Source of the DNA: an uncultured Collinsella sp.
GTDB lineage: Bacteria; Actinomycetota; Coriobacteriia; Coriobacteriales; Coriobacteriaceae
Length of the DNA: 64,000 bases
Reading direction: 5' to 3'
Assembly (NCBI GenBank): GCA_900552685.1
Contig: USAJ01000001.1
Coordinates: 10,195 to 74,194, forward strand
Shown here: positions 34,652 to 44,769 of the stretch, one piece after another
How the letters are laid out: each line of letters begins with the position of its first letter
Position numbering within the stretch: position 1 is the first letter of the stretch
Notes under the pieces: generated by a model
What the model was told of the DNA's origin: nothing
Seen by the model: the letters and a program-made list of their open reading frames with translations, nothing else
The model's database searches: none
Made by a program: the position numbers and the translations under genes

Positions 34652-35359
34652 GTGACTGACCACGTTTTAGACCGAGCGCATCTGGCCGAAGCCGTCGGTA
34701 ACGATATTGCCGACATGGCCCATTTTTGGATGCTGCGGAAGTTTCAGTTTTTGGAGCCGGCGCGCGAGCAGTTCGAGATCATTGTCGACCCGTGGCTCGG
34801 CTATTGCACCGAGCCTTCCCAAAACGAAATCATGGCCTACAACATGGCATTTACCGATTGGCTGCTCTTCGAGCGCCCCTATCGCCATGGCAAGACGCTG
34901 CTCGAGCTGTATGTTGATGAGCCGCCGGCATCGCTTTCGCCTGCCTCGCTCAAGCGGCTCGAGCAGGTATGCGACACGCAGTATTTCTCGCGCTTTGGCA
35001 TTTTGGACAAGGATCCTGCGACTGGTATGGTCGCGCTGAAGGACACACGCACCGACCGTCGCTTTGACGTCTACGATCCGCATATCGTGCAAAAGGAGCA
35101 TTGGAGCGACGGAGCGATTGCGGTGCGCCTCGCCTGCGTCGACGATGTCTGGCTGACGGCGGGACAACTCTATCTGTATGACATCGCACGCCTGAGTGAC
35201 ACGGCGGTCGATGGGCCTGGTGCGGTGCATCCGGAGGACCTGCAGGATGGCTTTGACACCTCGTGCATCAGTTTCTTCTTGCGTCTGGTCCGCGACATCA
35301 TGGGCGCCCAGGGGCGGTACGTAAAGTCGCTCAACATCTACGAGCAGGAGTGGGAGTAA
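34652..35359 (+). CDS. Hypothetical protein
   Basis: 235-aa ORF with host-like codon usage and GAGGAGG upstream; no motif recognised with confidence. Confidence 0.7.
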   Translation: MTDHVLDRAHLAEAVGNDIADMAHFWMLRKFQFLEPAREQFEIIVDPWLGYCTEPSQNEIMAYNMAFTDWLLFERPYRHGKTLLELYVDEPPASLSPASLKRLEQVCDTQYFSRFGILDKDPATGMVALKDTRTDRRFDVYDPHIVQKEHWSDGAIAVRLACVDDVWLTAGQLYLYDIARLSDTAVDGPGAVHPEDLQDGFDTSCISFFLRLVRDIMGAQGRYVKSLNIYEQEWE

Positions 35360-35394
35360 GGGATGGGCTGTCGCAGCGCCGCCGCGTGTCTATT

Positions 35395-35694
35395 TGTCTC
35401 GATCTGTAACGTTTAGGGACAAAAAACCGGTCTACCTGTTACAGATCGAGACGAATGCTTGGGCGCTGCTGATTTGTCTAAATCTGTAACGTTTAGGGCC
35501 CTGGAGAACGTCTAACTGTTACAGATCGAGACGTTTGGCACCTGGTTGGGGGAATGTCTCAATCTGTAACATCTGCAGGCCAAAACTCGACCTACCTGTT
35601 ACAAATTGAGACAAAGGTTGGACGCGGTGTCGAAAGATCTCGATCTGTAACATCTAGCGGCCAAAAATCGGTCTTCCTGTTACAGATCAAGACA
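35395..35694. repeat. Family A array, four units
   Basis: GTAAC arms end at 35410, 35490, 35570, 35651; each loop is exactly 27 nt. Confidence 0.95.
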
Positions 35695-35713
35695 TTTGTC
35701 AGCGGAGGCAACG

Positions 35714-36790
35714 GTGACGATGGTCCATTTGTCTGACGTGGTGGTGATGAAAGTGTCTAATACCGTTCTCAAACACAAACATGCGACTCGCAACACGTTG
35801 GCGCGGAACAGGATGCTCGCGCGGCTCACGGAGGCGACCGAGCAAGGTACGCTGCTCGCAACGCATGACAATACCGAGCTCATGTGGTTGCGACGCCATG
35901 TTGGAACCGACGATATTGCGGAGCCCGAGCCGTACCTGTTCTGTTTTCAGCATGATTGGGATGCATTGACGCTGACGGAGCGAGCACTGAGGACTATCAG
36001 AGGGCTTGCGGAATTTCATCCCGATTGGGCGTTTTGGGGATATGACGCCGCACTGATATGGGGTCTGGAGGTGCCGAATGATCTGCTCGGGCCGCGTTAT
36101 CTTGTTAAGACAGGTTGCTCGGTGCCGCTGAGTGCAGGATGTCGGCTGTTGCGTCCGCAGGCGGCGGGTGCGCTTGAACAAGTCGACGGCGTGTGGGCGA
36201 CGCCGTTTTGGCGCACGGTAGATGATTGCTTGCTGCGTGCGCCGTTCTCCTACGGGTTGGCGATTGCCGATTCTGCACTGCGGGCGAAAGGCGTATCGCG
36301 TGGGGATTTGTGCGAGCGCCTCCGCGTCGATTGTAAGGGCAGGCGAGGGTATCGCAGGGCACAGGTGATTGCGTCGTATGCGGACGGGCTGTCCGAAAAC
36401 GGCGGCGAGTCTCGGTTCCGAGCGTTCTTTATTGCGTACGGCTTTCCGGTTCCGGAGCTGCAGGTGGAGTTTCGCGACCCGCTCGATCCGAGCCAGGTGT
36501 TTCGCGTCGACTATTTTTGGCGGCTCGAGAACGGGACGTGTGTCATCGGCGAGCTCGACGGAAAGGGGAAGTACACCTTGCAGAACGGCGAGGGTCGGGA
36601 GTCGGTCGACCCATTCGTGGCTGAACGTCAACGGGAGTCCCATCTGACAATGCTCGGGCATAAGGTGCTTCGGTTTACGTTTAACGAACTCAAAGACCCG
36701 GGGAAGCTGGTCGAGAAAATGAGGCTGGCGGGTATTCCGCGACGGGCTGATTTGGCTGAGGAATGGAGATGCCGGTGGTATGGGCGCTGA
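35714..36790 (+). CDS. AbiEi-like / DUF559 (Vsr-like) putative endonuclease
   Basis: DAALIWGL, DGVWATPFWRTVDD, SENGGES, PELQVEF, RVDYFW, GELDGKGKY, ERQRE, VLRFT motifs typical of this actinobacterial family; start uncertain (GTG 35714 after GGAGG, or ATG 35720/35747). Confidence 0.75.
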   Translation: MTMVHLSDVVVMKVSNTVLKHKHATRNTLARNRMLARLTEATEQGTLLATHDNTELMWLRRHVGTDDIAEPEPYLFCFQHDWDALTLTERALRTIRGLAEFHPDWAFWGYDAALIWGLEVPNDLLGPRYLVKTGCSVPLSAGCRLLRPQAAGALEQVDGVWATPFWRTVDDCLLRAPFSYGLAIADSALRAKGVSRGDLCERLRVDCKGRRGYRRAQVIASYADGLSENGGESRFRAFFIAYGFPVPELQVEFRDPLDPSQVFRVDYFWRLENGTCVIGELDGKGKYTLQNGEGRESVDPFVAERQRESHLTMLGHKVLRFTFNELKDPGKLVEKMRLAGIPRRADLAEEWRCRWYGR

Positions 36791-36797
36791 GAGGTTT

Positions 36798-36937
36798 TGT
36801 CTCAATCTGTAACGTTTAGAGGTTATTTGAGCTCGTAACTGTTACAGATCGAGACAAACCGGTGAAACGTCGACCGAATGTCTCGATCTGTAACATCAAG
36901 GGGCCCAATAACCCTGTACCTGTTACAGTTCGAGACA
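36798..36937. repeat. Family A array, two units
   Basis: Starts 7 nt after the stop codon; 27-nt loops, 81-bp period. Confidence 0.95.
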
Positions 36938-37085
36938 TTCCCCTGATGTTGCTGGGATGGGGCTGCAACGTATTCCGTCCCCCACATCCCCTCTTCCCTC
37001 CGTTAACCGATGCGTCTGCAGTAATCCAGCGGGACTAGGTGATAATGGACAAATGTTCATGTTAATCGTGAGGGAGGAGCTCGAT

Positions 37086-38456
37086 ATGGCGTCTGCCGAT
37101 CGTTCCACGTTGTTTATCAATGCGACCATTCTGGATGGTTCGGAGCATATGGAGCCGCAGCCCGACATGGCCGTGGCCGTTGAGCGCGGTGTCATCACGT
37201 GGATGGGGCCGAGTGCTGTGGCGCAGGCGCCTGCAGGTGCCGAGGTCATCGACCTGGCAGGTGCGTATCTCATGCCAGGTCTCATCAATATGCATGTGCA
37301 TCTGTGCGGTTCGGGCAAGCCGGTTTCGGCGGGCGATGCAGGCGCGCTGATGAAGAAGCTCGATAATCCCGTGGGGCGCGCCATCGTCCGCCACATCCTC
37401 AAAGGCAGCGCCCAACAGCAGCTGGCAAGCGGCGTGACCACGGTGCGCGGCGCGGGCGACCCGCTGTTTGCCGACATCGCCGTTCGTAATGCCATCGACG
37501 CCGGCAAGTATCAAGGTCCTCGCCTGGTGGCGCCGGGAACGGGCGTTACGGTGCCGGGCGGCCATGGTGCGGGCTTGTTCGCCCAGGTGGCCAACGGTCC
37601 CGCCGAGGCAGCCGAACAGGTGCGCGACCTGTATGCGCGTGGTGCCGACGTCATTAAGCTGTTCGTGACGGGCGGCGTGTTCGACGCGACCGAGGTGGGC
37701 GAGCCGGGTGTGTTGCGTATGCCCGTGGAGGTTGCCGCGGCGGCGTGCAGGGCGGCGCACGATATGGGCCTTCCTGTTATGGCTCATGTTGAGAGTACCG
37801 AGGGCGTGAAGGCCGCGCTTGAGGCCGGCGTTGACACGATTGAGCACGGCGCTCCGCTGACGCCCGAGATCCTGGAGCTGTACCGTGGCGCCGCGGGCAC
37901 GCAGCTCGAGGGGCGTGCGCCCAGTGTTACCTGCACTATCAGCCCGGCGCTGCCGTTTGTATTGCTCGACCCGAAAAAGACCCATTCGACCGATACGCAA
38001 AAGAAGAACGGCGATATCGTGTGCTCGGGCATTATCGAGAGCGCTCGTGCCGCACTGGATGCCGGCGTTAAGGTGGGCCTGGGCACGGACTCGAGCTGCC
38101 CGTTCGTGACGCAGTACGACATGTGGCGTGAGGTGGCCTATTTTGCCAAGTATGTCGACGTGAGCAACGCCTTCGCACTGCATACGGCTACGCAGGTCAA
38201 TGCCGAGCTGCTGGGGCTGGGCGGCGAGACCGGCACAATCGAGTGCGGCAAGACCGCCGATATCCTGGTGACGCGCGAGAACCCGCTCGATGACCTGTGC
38301 GCACTGCGTGAGCCGACGCACGTGATGTGTCGCGGCGATCTGGTGCGCAAGCTCAAGGTGAAGCGTATTCCCGAGGTGGACGCCGAGCTCGACGCGATTA
38401 TGACCATGCCTGCCGAAGCGCTTGCCGAGGAGCTGGCCCGCGACGGCGTGGCATAG
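37086..38456 (+). CDS. Metal-dependent amidohydrolase
   Basis: PGLINMHVH, SGVTTVR, VMAH, DTIEHG, LGTD motifs. Confidence 0.88.
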   Translation: MASADRSTLFINATILDGSEHMEPQPDMAVAVERGVITWMGPSAVAQAPAGAEVIDLAGAYLMPGLINMHVHLCGSGKPVSAGDAGALMKKLDNPVGRAIVRHILKGSAQQQLASGVTTVRGAGDPLFADIAVRNAIDAGKYQGPRLVAPGTGVTVPGGHGAGLFAQVANGPAEAAEQVRDLYARGADVIKLFVTGGVFDATEVGEPGVLRMPVEVAAAACRAAHDMGLPVMAHVESTEGVKAALEAGVDTIEHGAPLTPEILELYRGAAGTQLEGRAPSVTCTISPALPFVLLDPKKTHSTDTQKKNGDIVCSGIIESARAALDAGVKVGLGTDSSCPFVTQYDMWREVAYFAKYVDVSNAFALHTATQVNAELLGLGGETGTIECGKTADILVTRENPLDDLCALREPTHVMCRGDLVRKLKVKRIPEVDAELDAIMTMPAEALAEELARDGVA

Positions 38457-38489
38457 GTGTGACAAAGGGACAGCTCCGTTGTCGCATAC

Positions 38490-38525
38490 AAAAAGCCGAG
38501 GTCTCAACACGAGGCCTCGGCTTTT
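38490..38525. terminator. Bidirectional terminator
   Basis: AAAAGCCGAGGTCTC-AACAC-GAGGCCTCGGCTTTT between convergent genes. Confidence 0.75.
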
Positions 38526-38547
38526 ATTTTGTCCTATGGTGTAGCGG

Positions 38548-39021
38548 CTAGGAGCGGGTTTCCATCTTGGCGTGGCACTTGGGGCAGGTGACGCGGATCT
38601 TGCCCTTGCCCTTGGGGACGGACAACATCTGGCCGCAGTTGGGGCACTTGAGGTACGCCGTGGTCTTGCGACCCTTCCACATCTTCTTGGCCGTGCGCTT
38701 GGCACGTTCAAAGTCTTCCTTGCTGGTGCCGGCCGTGCGCGAGGCGTTGGCAGCTGCAGTCCCGCCGCCCAAGCTGGCGACGAACTTGCCTAGGCCGGGG
38801 ACGTTCGCGGTCGCCGTGACAAAGGCATCGTTCTCCTTGCGGCGCGCGTCGGTGTTTTTGGACAGGCCGCGCAGCACGCCAATCACAATAACGGCGATGG
38901 CGATCCAGCTGAGCCACTGAATACGGGCCATCGATCCGATCATCGCGATGATAATGCCTGCGAAGCCCAACACGACGGTGAGTTCGTCGGCGCCGTTGCG
39001 ACCCTTCATAAAGTCATTCAT
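38548..39021 (-). CDS. Membrane protein with C-terminal Zn-ribbon
   Basis: FMKGRNGADEL, two TM helices, CPNC...VPKGKGKIRVTCPKC. Confidence 0.8.
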   Translation of the reverse strand: MNDFMKGRNGADELTVVLGFAGIIIAMIGSMARIQWLSWIAIAVIVIGVLRGLSKNTDARRKENDAFVTATANVPGLGKFVASLGGGTAAANASRTAGTSKEDFERAKRTAKKMWKGRKTTAYLKCPNCGQMLSVPKGKGKIRVTCPKCHAKMETRS

Positions 39022-39066
39022 GCGAATTGCCTTTCGTTCGATATGCTGCACGCCTTTATACCCCTT

Positions 39067-39134
39067 TTGGTGCATTGGGGACAGGTTAATCTGCACCAAG
39101 GTGGTGCAAACGTACCTGTCTCCCCTTGCACCAA
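39067..39134. repeat. Family D inverted pair
   Basis: TTGGTGCATTGGGGACAGGTTAATCTGCACCAA followed by TGGTGCAAACGTACCTGTCTCCCCTTGCACCA. Confidence 0.7.
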
Positions 39135-39407
39135 TTACTTGGCGAGCTTGTCGACGACGCGTTCGATCTCGGCGAGCTTGGCGGCTTTGAGCTCCTCGTC
39201 GCCCGATTCGATGGCCGAGGCGACGCAGCCCTCGATGTGTGCCTTCAACACATCGGCGTTGATGCGGGCGATAAGCGCCTGCGTGGCCATGAGCTGCGTG
39301 GAGATGTCGACGCAGTAACGGTCCTCATCGACCATCCGCAGAATGCCGTCGATCTGGCCGCGTGCCGTCTTGAGCATGCGGGTCACCGATTTATGGTCTG
39401 CCATCAT
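39135..39407 (-). CDS. csoR: Copper-sensing repressor CsoR
   Basis: GQIDGILRMV..DRYCVDISTQ...HIEGC; lies in the cop operon. Confidence 0.88.
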   Translation of the reverse strand: MMADHKSVTRMLKTARGQIDGILRMVDEDRYCVDISTQLMATQALIARINADVLKAHIEGCVASAIESGDEELKAAKLAEIERVVDKLAK

Positions 39408-39455
39408 GGCGGGTCCTCGTTTCTGGTCGATGGGATCGAATGCCTCTGGTAGCTG

Positions 39456-39677
39456 CTACGCGGCGGTCACGGACAGGGCGTGGAACTTCTCGCCGGCGCC
39501 CTCGACGGCGGCGGCGAGCTGCTCGGCGGTCACGGTGTCGGCGCACTCTACCTGGACGGTCTGGGTCTCGTGATCGGCGTCGGCATCGGTCACGCCTGCC
39601 ACGTTGAGCAGCGCCGTCTCGACAGTGGCGTCGCAGTGGCCGCACATGAGGCCAGACGTTTTAACGATGTAGTTCAT
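39456..39677 (-). CDS. copZ: Copper chaperone (HMA domain)
   Basis: GLMCGHC motif, 73 aa. Confidence 0.88.
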   Translation of the reverse strand: MNYIVKTSGLMCGHCDATVETALLNVAGVTDADADHETQTVQVECADTVTAEQLAAAVEGAGEKFHALSVTAA

Positions 39678-39705
39678 GATTATCTCCTTTTCGTTGAGTA
39701 CCTAA

Positions 39706-39772
39706 AGTTGCGGTGAAATACGGACTAAATAGCGGTTTAGCTAAGCATGTTACGCCTTATTTCACCGCAACT
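39706..39772. repeat. Family B element overlapping the copA 3' end
   Basis: AGTTGCGGTGAAATACGGAC ... CCTTATTTCACCGCAACT. Confidence 0.85.
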
Positions 39773-42102
39773 GATGGTTTAAAGGTTCGCAGACGCAGGG
39801 CATTGCTTACGACGCACACGCTCGACAGGCTCATGGCTGCAGCGCCAAACATCGGCGAGAGTTGCCATCCGGTGAGCGGGAAGAACACGCCCGCCGCCAG
39901 CGGAATGCCGATGCCGTTGTAGAACAGTGCCCAGAACAGGTCCTGCTTGATGTTGCGGATCGTGGCGCGCGAAAGCTCGATGGCGCGGGCGACGTCCATG
40001 AGGTCGCTGCGCATGAGCACCACGTCGGCGCCCTCCTTGGCGATGTCGGCGCCGGTGCCGATAGCGAGGCCCACGTCGGAGCGCGCCAGGGCGGGGGAGT
40101 CGTTGATGCCGTCGCCCACCATGGCGACCTTGCCGCCCGCATCCTGCAGTTCGCGCACGTGACGTTCCTTGTCGGCGGGCAGGACGTCGGCGATAACCTG
40201 TTCGCTGGTGAGTCCCACGCGGCGAGCGATGGCCTCGGCCGTCACGCGGTTGTCGCCGGTGAGCATGCGCACGTCGACGCCGAGCTTGCGGAGCGCGGCG
40301 ATTGCCTCGGCGCTCGTCTCTTTGACCTCGTCAGCCACGGCGATGGTACCAACGAGTTTGCCGTTCTTGGCAAAGAACAGCGGCGTTTTGCCCTCGGTAG
40401 CAAATTGCTCGGCAAGACCGGCGGGCACCTCCGCGCCCAGCTCGCTCATCAGACGAACGTTGCCGGCAGCGATGACGTTTTGTCCCTCGCGCGCCGTAAC
40501 GCCACGACCGGGCACGGCGGCAAAGTCCTCGACCATGCGTGCGACGATTCCGCGCGCCCCGCACTCGGCCATAATCGCCTCGGCCAGCGGGTGCTCGCTC
40601 GAGCGCTCCAGCGCGGCAGCGAGCTTCAGTAGCGCCTTTTCACTCATAGCGGGCGAGCCGTCAGCGCGCGTGGCCACCACGATATCGGTCACGGCCGGCT
40701 TGCCGCGGGTGACCGTACCCGTCTTATCGAGTACCACGGTGCCCACGTTGCGCAGATTCTCCAGCGCCTCGGCGCTCTTAAACAGAATGCCCATTTCGGC
40801 GCCCTTACCGGTGCCAACCATAATGGCGACGGGCGTGGCCAGGCCCAGCGCGCACGGGCAGCTGATCACCAACACGGCCACGGCGGAGGTGAGCGCCTCG
40901 TTTATGCTGCCGGTCAGTGCCATCCACACCGCAAAGGTCACGGCCGAGATCACAAACACCACGGGCACAAACACGCCGGCGACCTTGTCGGCCAGGCGGG
41001 CGATGGGCGCCTTGGTGGCGTTGGCGTCCTCGACGAGCTGGATGATCTTGGCGAGCGACGTGTCGGCGCCCACTCGCGTGGCACGGAAGGTAAACGATCC
41101 GGTGCGGTTGACCGTGGCGGCGTTGACGGTGTCGCCGGCGGTCTTTTCCACGGGGATGGACTCGCCGGTGAGCGCACTCTCGTCCACGGCCGACGCGCCC
41201 TCGAGTACTACGCCGTCGACAGGGATGGACTCGCCGGGGCGCACACGCAGCACCTGGCCGGGAAGGATGCTGTCGACGTCCACGGTGGTTTCGGTGCCGT
41301 CATCGGCAACGACGGTCGCGGTCTTGGGTGCTAGGTCGATGAGCGCCTCGATAGCGCCGCCGGTCTTGGACTTGCTGCGCGTCTCGAGGTATTTGCCCAC
41401 GGTGACGAGCGACAGGATGGTGCCGGCGCTCTCAAAGTACAGGTTGTCCATGCTCGTCATCATAGCCTCGTGTACCTGACCTGTGGCCAGCTGGTCGGCC
41501 ATGATAAACATGGCATAGAGCGACCAGGCGATCGACGCGGTGGCACCGACGGCGATGAGAGCGTCCATGGTGGGTGCGCCGTGCACGAGCGACTTGAAGC
41601 CGTTGATAAAGTACGCGTCGTTGACGTAGACGATGGGGATGAGCAAGACGAGCTCGGTGAGCGCCAACGTCATGCTGTGGGTGTGGTCGGTGAAGACGCT
41701 GGGCAGCGGCCAGCCGAGCATGTGTCCCATGCCTATGTAGAACAGCGGAATGAGAAAGATGATTGAGATGATGAGACGGGTGCGCATGGCGGAGGCAGTG
41801 GCCTCCAACTTTTTGGTCGGCGACTCCATATGGGCGGCGCCGGACCTGGCTTGCGCGCTGCCGCTTGAGCTGGCGGCGTCGGTGCCCGTACTGACGGGCG
41901 AGGCCGAATAGCCCGCGCGATCGACGGCGGTGCAGATGTCGTCGGGGGAGACCTGTGCGGGGTCATAGTCCACCAACATGGAGCCGGCGAGCAGGTTGAC
42001 AGCGACGCCTTGGACGCCGTCGAGCTTACTGACGGCGCGGTCCACATGCGCCTGGCAAGCGGCGCACGTCATGCCGCCCACGTCAAACTTATCTTGAGCC
42101 AT
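39757..42102 (-). CDS. copA: Copper-translocating P1B-type ATPase
   Basis: GMTCAAC, TGES, CPC, DKTGT, SEHPL, GDGIND, YN and MSLSS motifs. Confidence 0.95.
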   Translation of the reverse strand: MAQDKFDVGGMTCAACQAHVDRAVSKLDGVQGVAVNLLAGSMLVDYDPAQVSPDDICTAVDRAGYSASPVSTGTDAASSSGSAQARSGAAHMESPTKKLEATASAMRTRLIISIIFLIPLFYIGMGHMLGWPLPSVFTDHTHSMTLALTELVLLIPIVYVNDAYFINGFKSLVHGAPTMDALIAVGATASIAWSLYAMFIMADQLATGQVHEAMMTSMDNLYFESAGTILSLVTVGKYLETRSKSKTGGAIEALIDLAPKTATVVADDGTETTVDVDSILPGQVLRVRPGESIPVDGVVLEGASAVDESALTGESIPVEKTAGDTVNAATVNRTGSFTFRATRVGADTSLAKIIQLVEDANATKAPIARLADKVAGVFVPVVFVISAVTFAVWMALTGSINEALTSAVAVLVISCPCALGLATPVAIMVGTGKGAEMGILFKSAEALENLRNVGTVVLDKTGTVTRGKPAVTDIVVATRADGSPAMSEKALLKLAAALERSSEHPLAEAIMAECGARGIVARMVEDFAAVPGRGVTAREGQNVIAAGNVRLMSELGAEVPAGLAEQFATEGKTPLFFAKNGKLVGTIAVADEVKETSAEAIAALRKLGVDVRMLTGDNRVTAEAIARRVGLTSEQVIADVLPADKERHVRELQDAGGKVAMVGDGINDSPALARSDVGLAIGTGADIAKEGADVVLMRSDLMDVARAIELSRATIRNIKQDLFWALFYNGIGIPLAAGVFFPLTGWQLSPMFGAAAMSLSSVCVVSNALRLRTFKPSVAVK

Positions 42103-42160
42103 GGTTTCTCCTTTCTGTGGTTCGGTGTTGGAATTGTTAACCTGCCGATACTATACACCC

Positions 42161-42177
42161 ATACCCCCTGGGGGTGT
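42161..42177. promoter_or_regulatory. Probable CsoR operator in the copA promoter
   Basis: ATACCCCCTGGGGGTGT pseudo-palindrome of the C-tract/G-tract type bound by CsoR, about 60 bp upstream of copA. Confidence 0.75.
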
Positions 42178-42253
42178 CTAGTACAGAATAAATGTATGAC
42201 ATTTCGCTACAGATGAAGGTAGTTGGTTGGCCGATGGACCGTTCCAACCAATC

Positions 42254-42472
42254 ATCTCAATCTGTAACATCTGGACCGGTTTTTGAACCATAACTGTTAC
42301 AGATTTAGACGAACTGTTGAACGGCAGTCCAAACGTCTCAATCCGTAACATATTGACCTGATTTTGCCAAGTAGATGTTACAGGTCGAGACAAACCATCC
42401 AGGCCAATCCGAACATCTTGATCTGTAACATCTAGACCAGTATTTGAGTTCTAACTGTTACAGATCGAGACA
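42254..42472. repeat. Family A array, three units
   Basis: GTAAC arms end at 42268, 42349, 42429; 27-nt loops. Confidence 0.92.
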
Positions 42473-42513
42473 TTTGCCGGGGAGGGGTCCCGTTGCGGCA
42501 AGACGCCCGCCGC

Positions 42514-44598
42514 CTAGATACAGAACCCGGGGATCACACAGGTTAGCTTGTTTGGCTTTTCCGCAGGCGTTGCGTACGTAAAGACGTCGCCGTCGTGCCC
42601 CACGCGGTTCATATAGAGCGTGCCTTCGCTCTCCGATGTGTCGGGGCTCACCGTGCGCTCCCACCAACAGGTGTCCTTGCCCTTCCACTGGCGGACCATC
42701 GTCTCGTTCGTGGAATACGGGCTCACCTTGAGCTCGCGGAAGAGCTGATACTCCTTGCCCTCGCCGTTGTAGATGTCTGCCAGGTAGTGATAGTCCTCGG
42801 TAAACGAATCGGGCGGTTGCGTACCGCACAGCTCGACCATGGCGGGCAGCCAAAGGGTTGCGGGCAACTCGCTCAGGCACGATGCGCTGTTGGCGGCGCC
42901 CACATTGTTCGAGACCTTCTTGACCCCTTTAATGAGTGCGCGCAACTCGTTGGGCAGCAGCTTAAGGCCGTCGCCGTTGAGCCATTCCCGCAGCTCGCAA
43001 TCTGCCCAGCCGGCGCTCGGCGGTTCAGCCGCAGCGTTGCGCTCGGCAATACCCGCATCGAACATAAACGTCAGTCCGGCCTTGCCCGTCCCGTCCAGAA
43101 GCTCATCGTGGCGGATGCCCACAAGCTGCGCGCCAACCTGCAGCCCGTTGGTGAGCGTGACACGCTTGGTACACGGATAGGGGATATGCCCATCGGCATC
43201 GAGCAGATGATAGCGCTTGGCAATCTCGCGTGCCTCGCTACGGGTCTCGGCGGCCTTAATCTTGAGCGAAATCTCCTGCAGCTGATCCCAGGTGTAGTCG
43301 TCAATCGAACCGCGGATGCCGTCAAGGTAGTCGGGGATGCCAAAGCCATGGGTTGCCGCCCCGATAACGCTGAGCCCCGCAGCGGCTGCGATAGCGCCGC
43401 CGATAATAAAGCGGCGGCGGGTCATGGCATCGTGACGGGCCTGATTCAGGATCTCTCGTGCGCGCTCGCCGGCGACGTCGACCTTAAGGTGCGTGCCAGA
43501 ATCGATATCAATCGCGGCCTCGTCTCCTGTGCCTTCGCGGCCCTCGGATTCGGCATCGGTGAGGTATGCCGAGAGCACCTCGAGCATCTGCTGCTCGGTG
43601 GGACGATCGCACTGCTCGACTGAGAGACCCTTCATGATGATTTGGACGAGCGCTTCATCGCCCTCGCAGCGCGGCTCGAGCGGTGCCGGCTTGGTCTTGG
43701 TCTTTACGAGATAGAACGAGCCGGTTGCAGCGGCGTCCGTCGACTCAAAGTCAAACGGTTTGCGACCGCTGTAGAGCTGGTACAGAATGCTCGAAAGCGC
43801 ATAGACGTCGATTGCCGGCGAACGGCGAAGGGCCGCGATGCCTTCGATATCCTGCGTGAGCATCTCGGGCGCGGCGTATGCGGGCGTGGCAAAGCGCCAG
43901 ATGTCGGCGCGCCGGGTGATCGTGTCGTCGCCGAGAGCCATGGTCGCGGAGCCCATGTCGATGAGGCAGGGGTCAAAGGAGCAATCGGCAATCTGCTGCT
44001 CGAGCGTTCGGCTGGTGGTGCGGAACATAATATTGGCAGGCGAAAGGTCGCGATGGATGACCGGGTTCACGAGGCCTTGGGTCATCAAGAGCGCACGAAG
44101 CACGGCGTTTCCGACGGCGGCGACCATCTGGGTGGTCAGCCCGCCCGAGGCGTCGTGCGGAAGCAGGGGCAGCGCCTGCTTGAGCAAGGTACCCTCGACC
44201 CACTCCATGAGGATGAGCGGGTCATCCTCGCACGATCCGTAGCCATAGACGCGCGGAAATCCGCGCAGGTGCGAGACGGTACACAGATGACGGTACTCCT
44301 CGAACAGCGCGGCGGTGTTGGCCAGGTGCGCTGCCGATTGCTCGGCGGAGCGGTCGGGGGCTTGGCCGGAAAGGATGGCGTTGTCCTTGAGTAGCTTGCC
44401 GGCAAAGACCTCGCCGCTCGTGTTGGTCGCGCGCAGCACGTGCCCGATGTTGCCGTTGTTGCGGTGGGCCGTCTGGAGAATAAGCGTCATAAACCGACGC
44501 TTGGCGTCGTCCTCGGCGCTGGGGTCGACCGCCACGGCGGTATCGAACGTATCGAGACGGACGAGTTTGTCGCCATAGACGCTATCGGTAGTATCCAT
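42514..44598 (-). CDS. Membrane Ser/Thr protein kinase with C-terminal extracytoplasmic domain (DUF6273-like)
   Basis: ILMEWVEG, HRDLSPANI, IDMG, TPAYAAPE, DVYAL; TM after TRRRF; C-terminal GWADCELREWLN and WWERT. Confidence 0.8.
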   Translation of the reverse strand: MDTTDSVYGDKLVRLDTFDTAVAVDPSAEDDAKRRFMTLILQTAHRNNGNIGHVLRATNTSGEVFAGKLLKDNAILSGQAPDRSAEQSAAHLANTAALFEEYRHLCTVSHLRGFPRVYGYGSCEDDPLILMEWVEGTLLKQALPLLPHDASGGLTTQMVAAVGNAVLRALLMTQGLVNPVIHRDLSPANIMFRTTSRTLEQQIADCSFDPCLIDMGSATMALGDDTITRRADIWRFATPAYAAPEMLTQDIEGIAALRRSPAIDVYALSSILYQLYSGRKPFDFESTDAAATGSFYLVKTKTKPAPLEPRCEGDEALVQIIMKGLSVEQCDRPTEQQMLEVLSAYLTDAESEGREGTGDEAAIDIDSGTHLKVDVAGERAREILNQARHDAMTRRRFIIGGAIAAAAGLSVIGAATHGFGIPDYLDGIRGSIDDYTWDQLQEISLKIKAAETRSEAREIAKRYHLLDADGHIPYPCTKRVTLTNGLQVGAQLVGIRHDELLDGTGKAGLTFMFDAGIAERNAAAEPPSAGWADCELREWLNGDGLKLLPNELRALIKGVKKVSNNVGAANSASCLSELPATLWLPAMVELCGTQPPDSFTEDYHYLADIYNGEGKEYQLFRELKVSPYSTNETMVRQWKGKDTCWWERTVSPDTSESEGTLYMNRVGHDGDVFTYATPAEKPNKLTCVIPGFCI

Positions 44599-44769
44599 GG
44601 CGTTCCTTTGTCTGGCATGGGTTGCCGCACGTTTACGCGAGCAGTGCGGATATCGGTAAAATACCATGATAGCCGCACTGCCCACGTATACCGCTGAGTA
44701 TTGTCGTTTACGATGCAGAAGGTAGAAGACGAAAGACGGACGGCGACCGTCTTTCGATCGCCGTCCGTG

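Noticed and set aside
35395..35694. Family A array as a CRISPR array
   Set aside because: The repeats alternate in orientation, the loops share a consensus, units are dispersed singly, and no cas genes are present.
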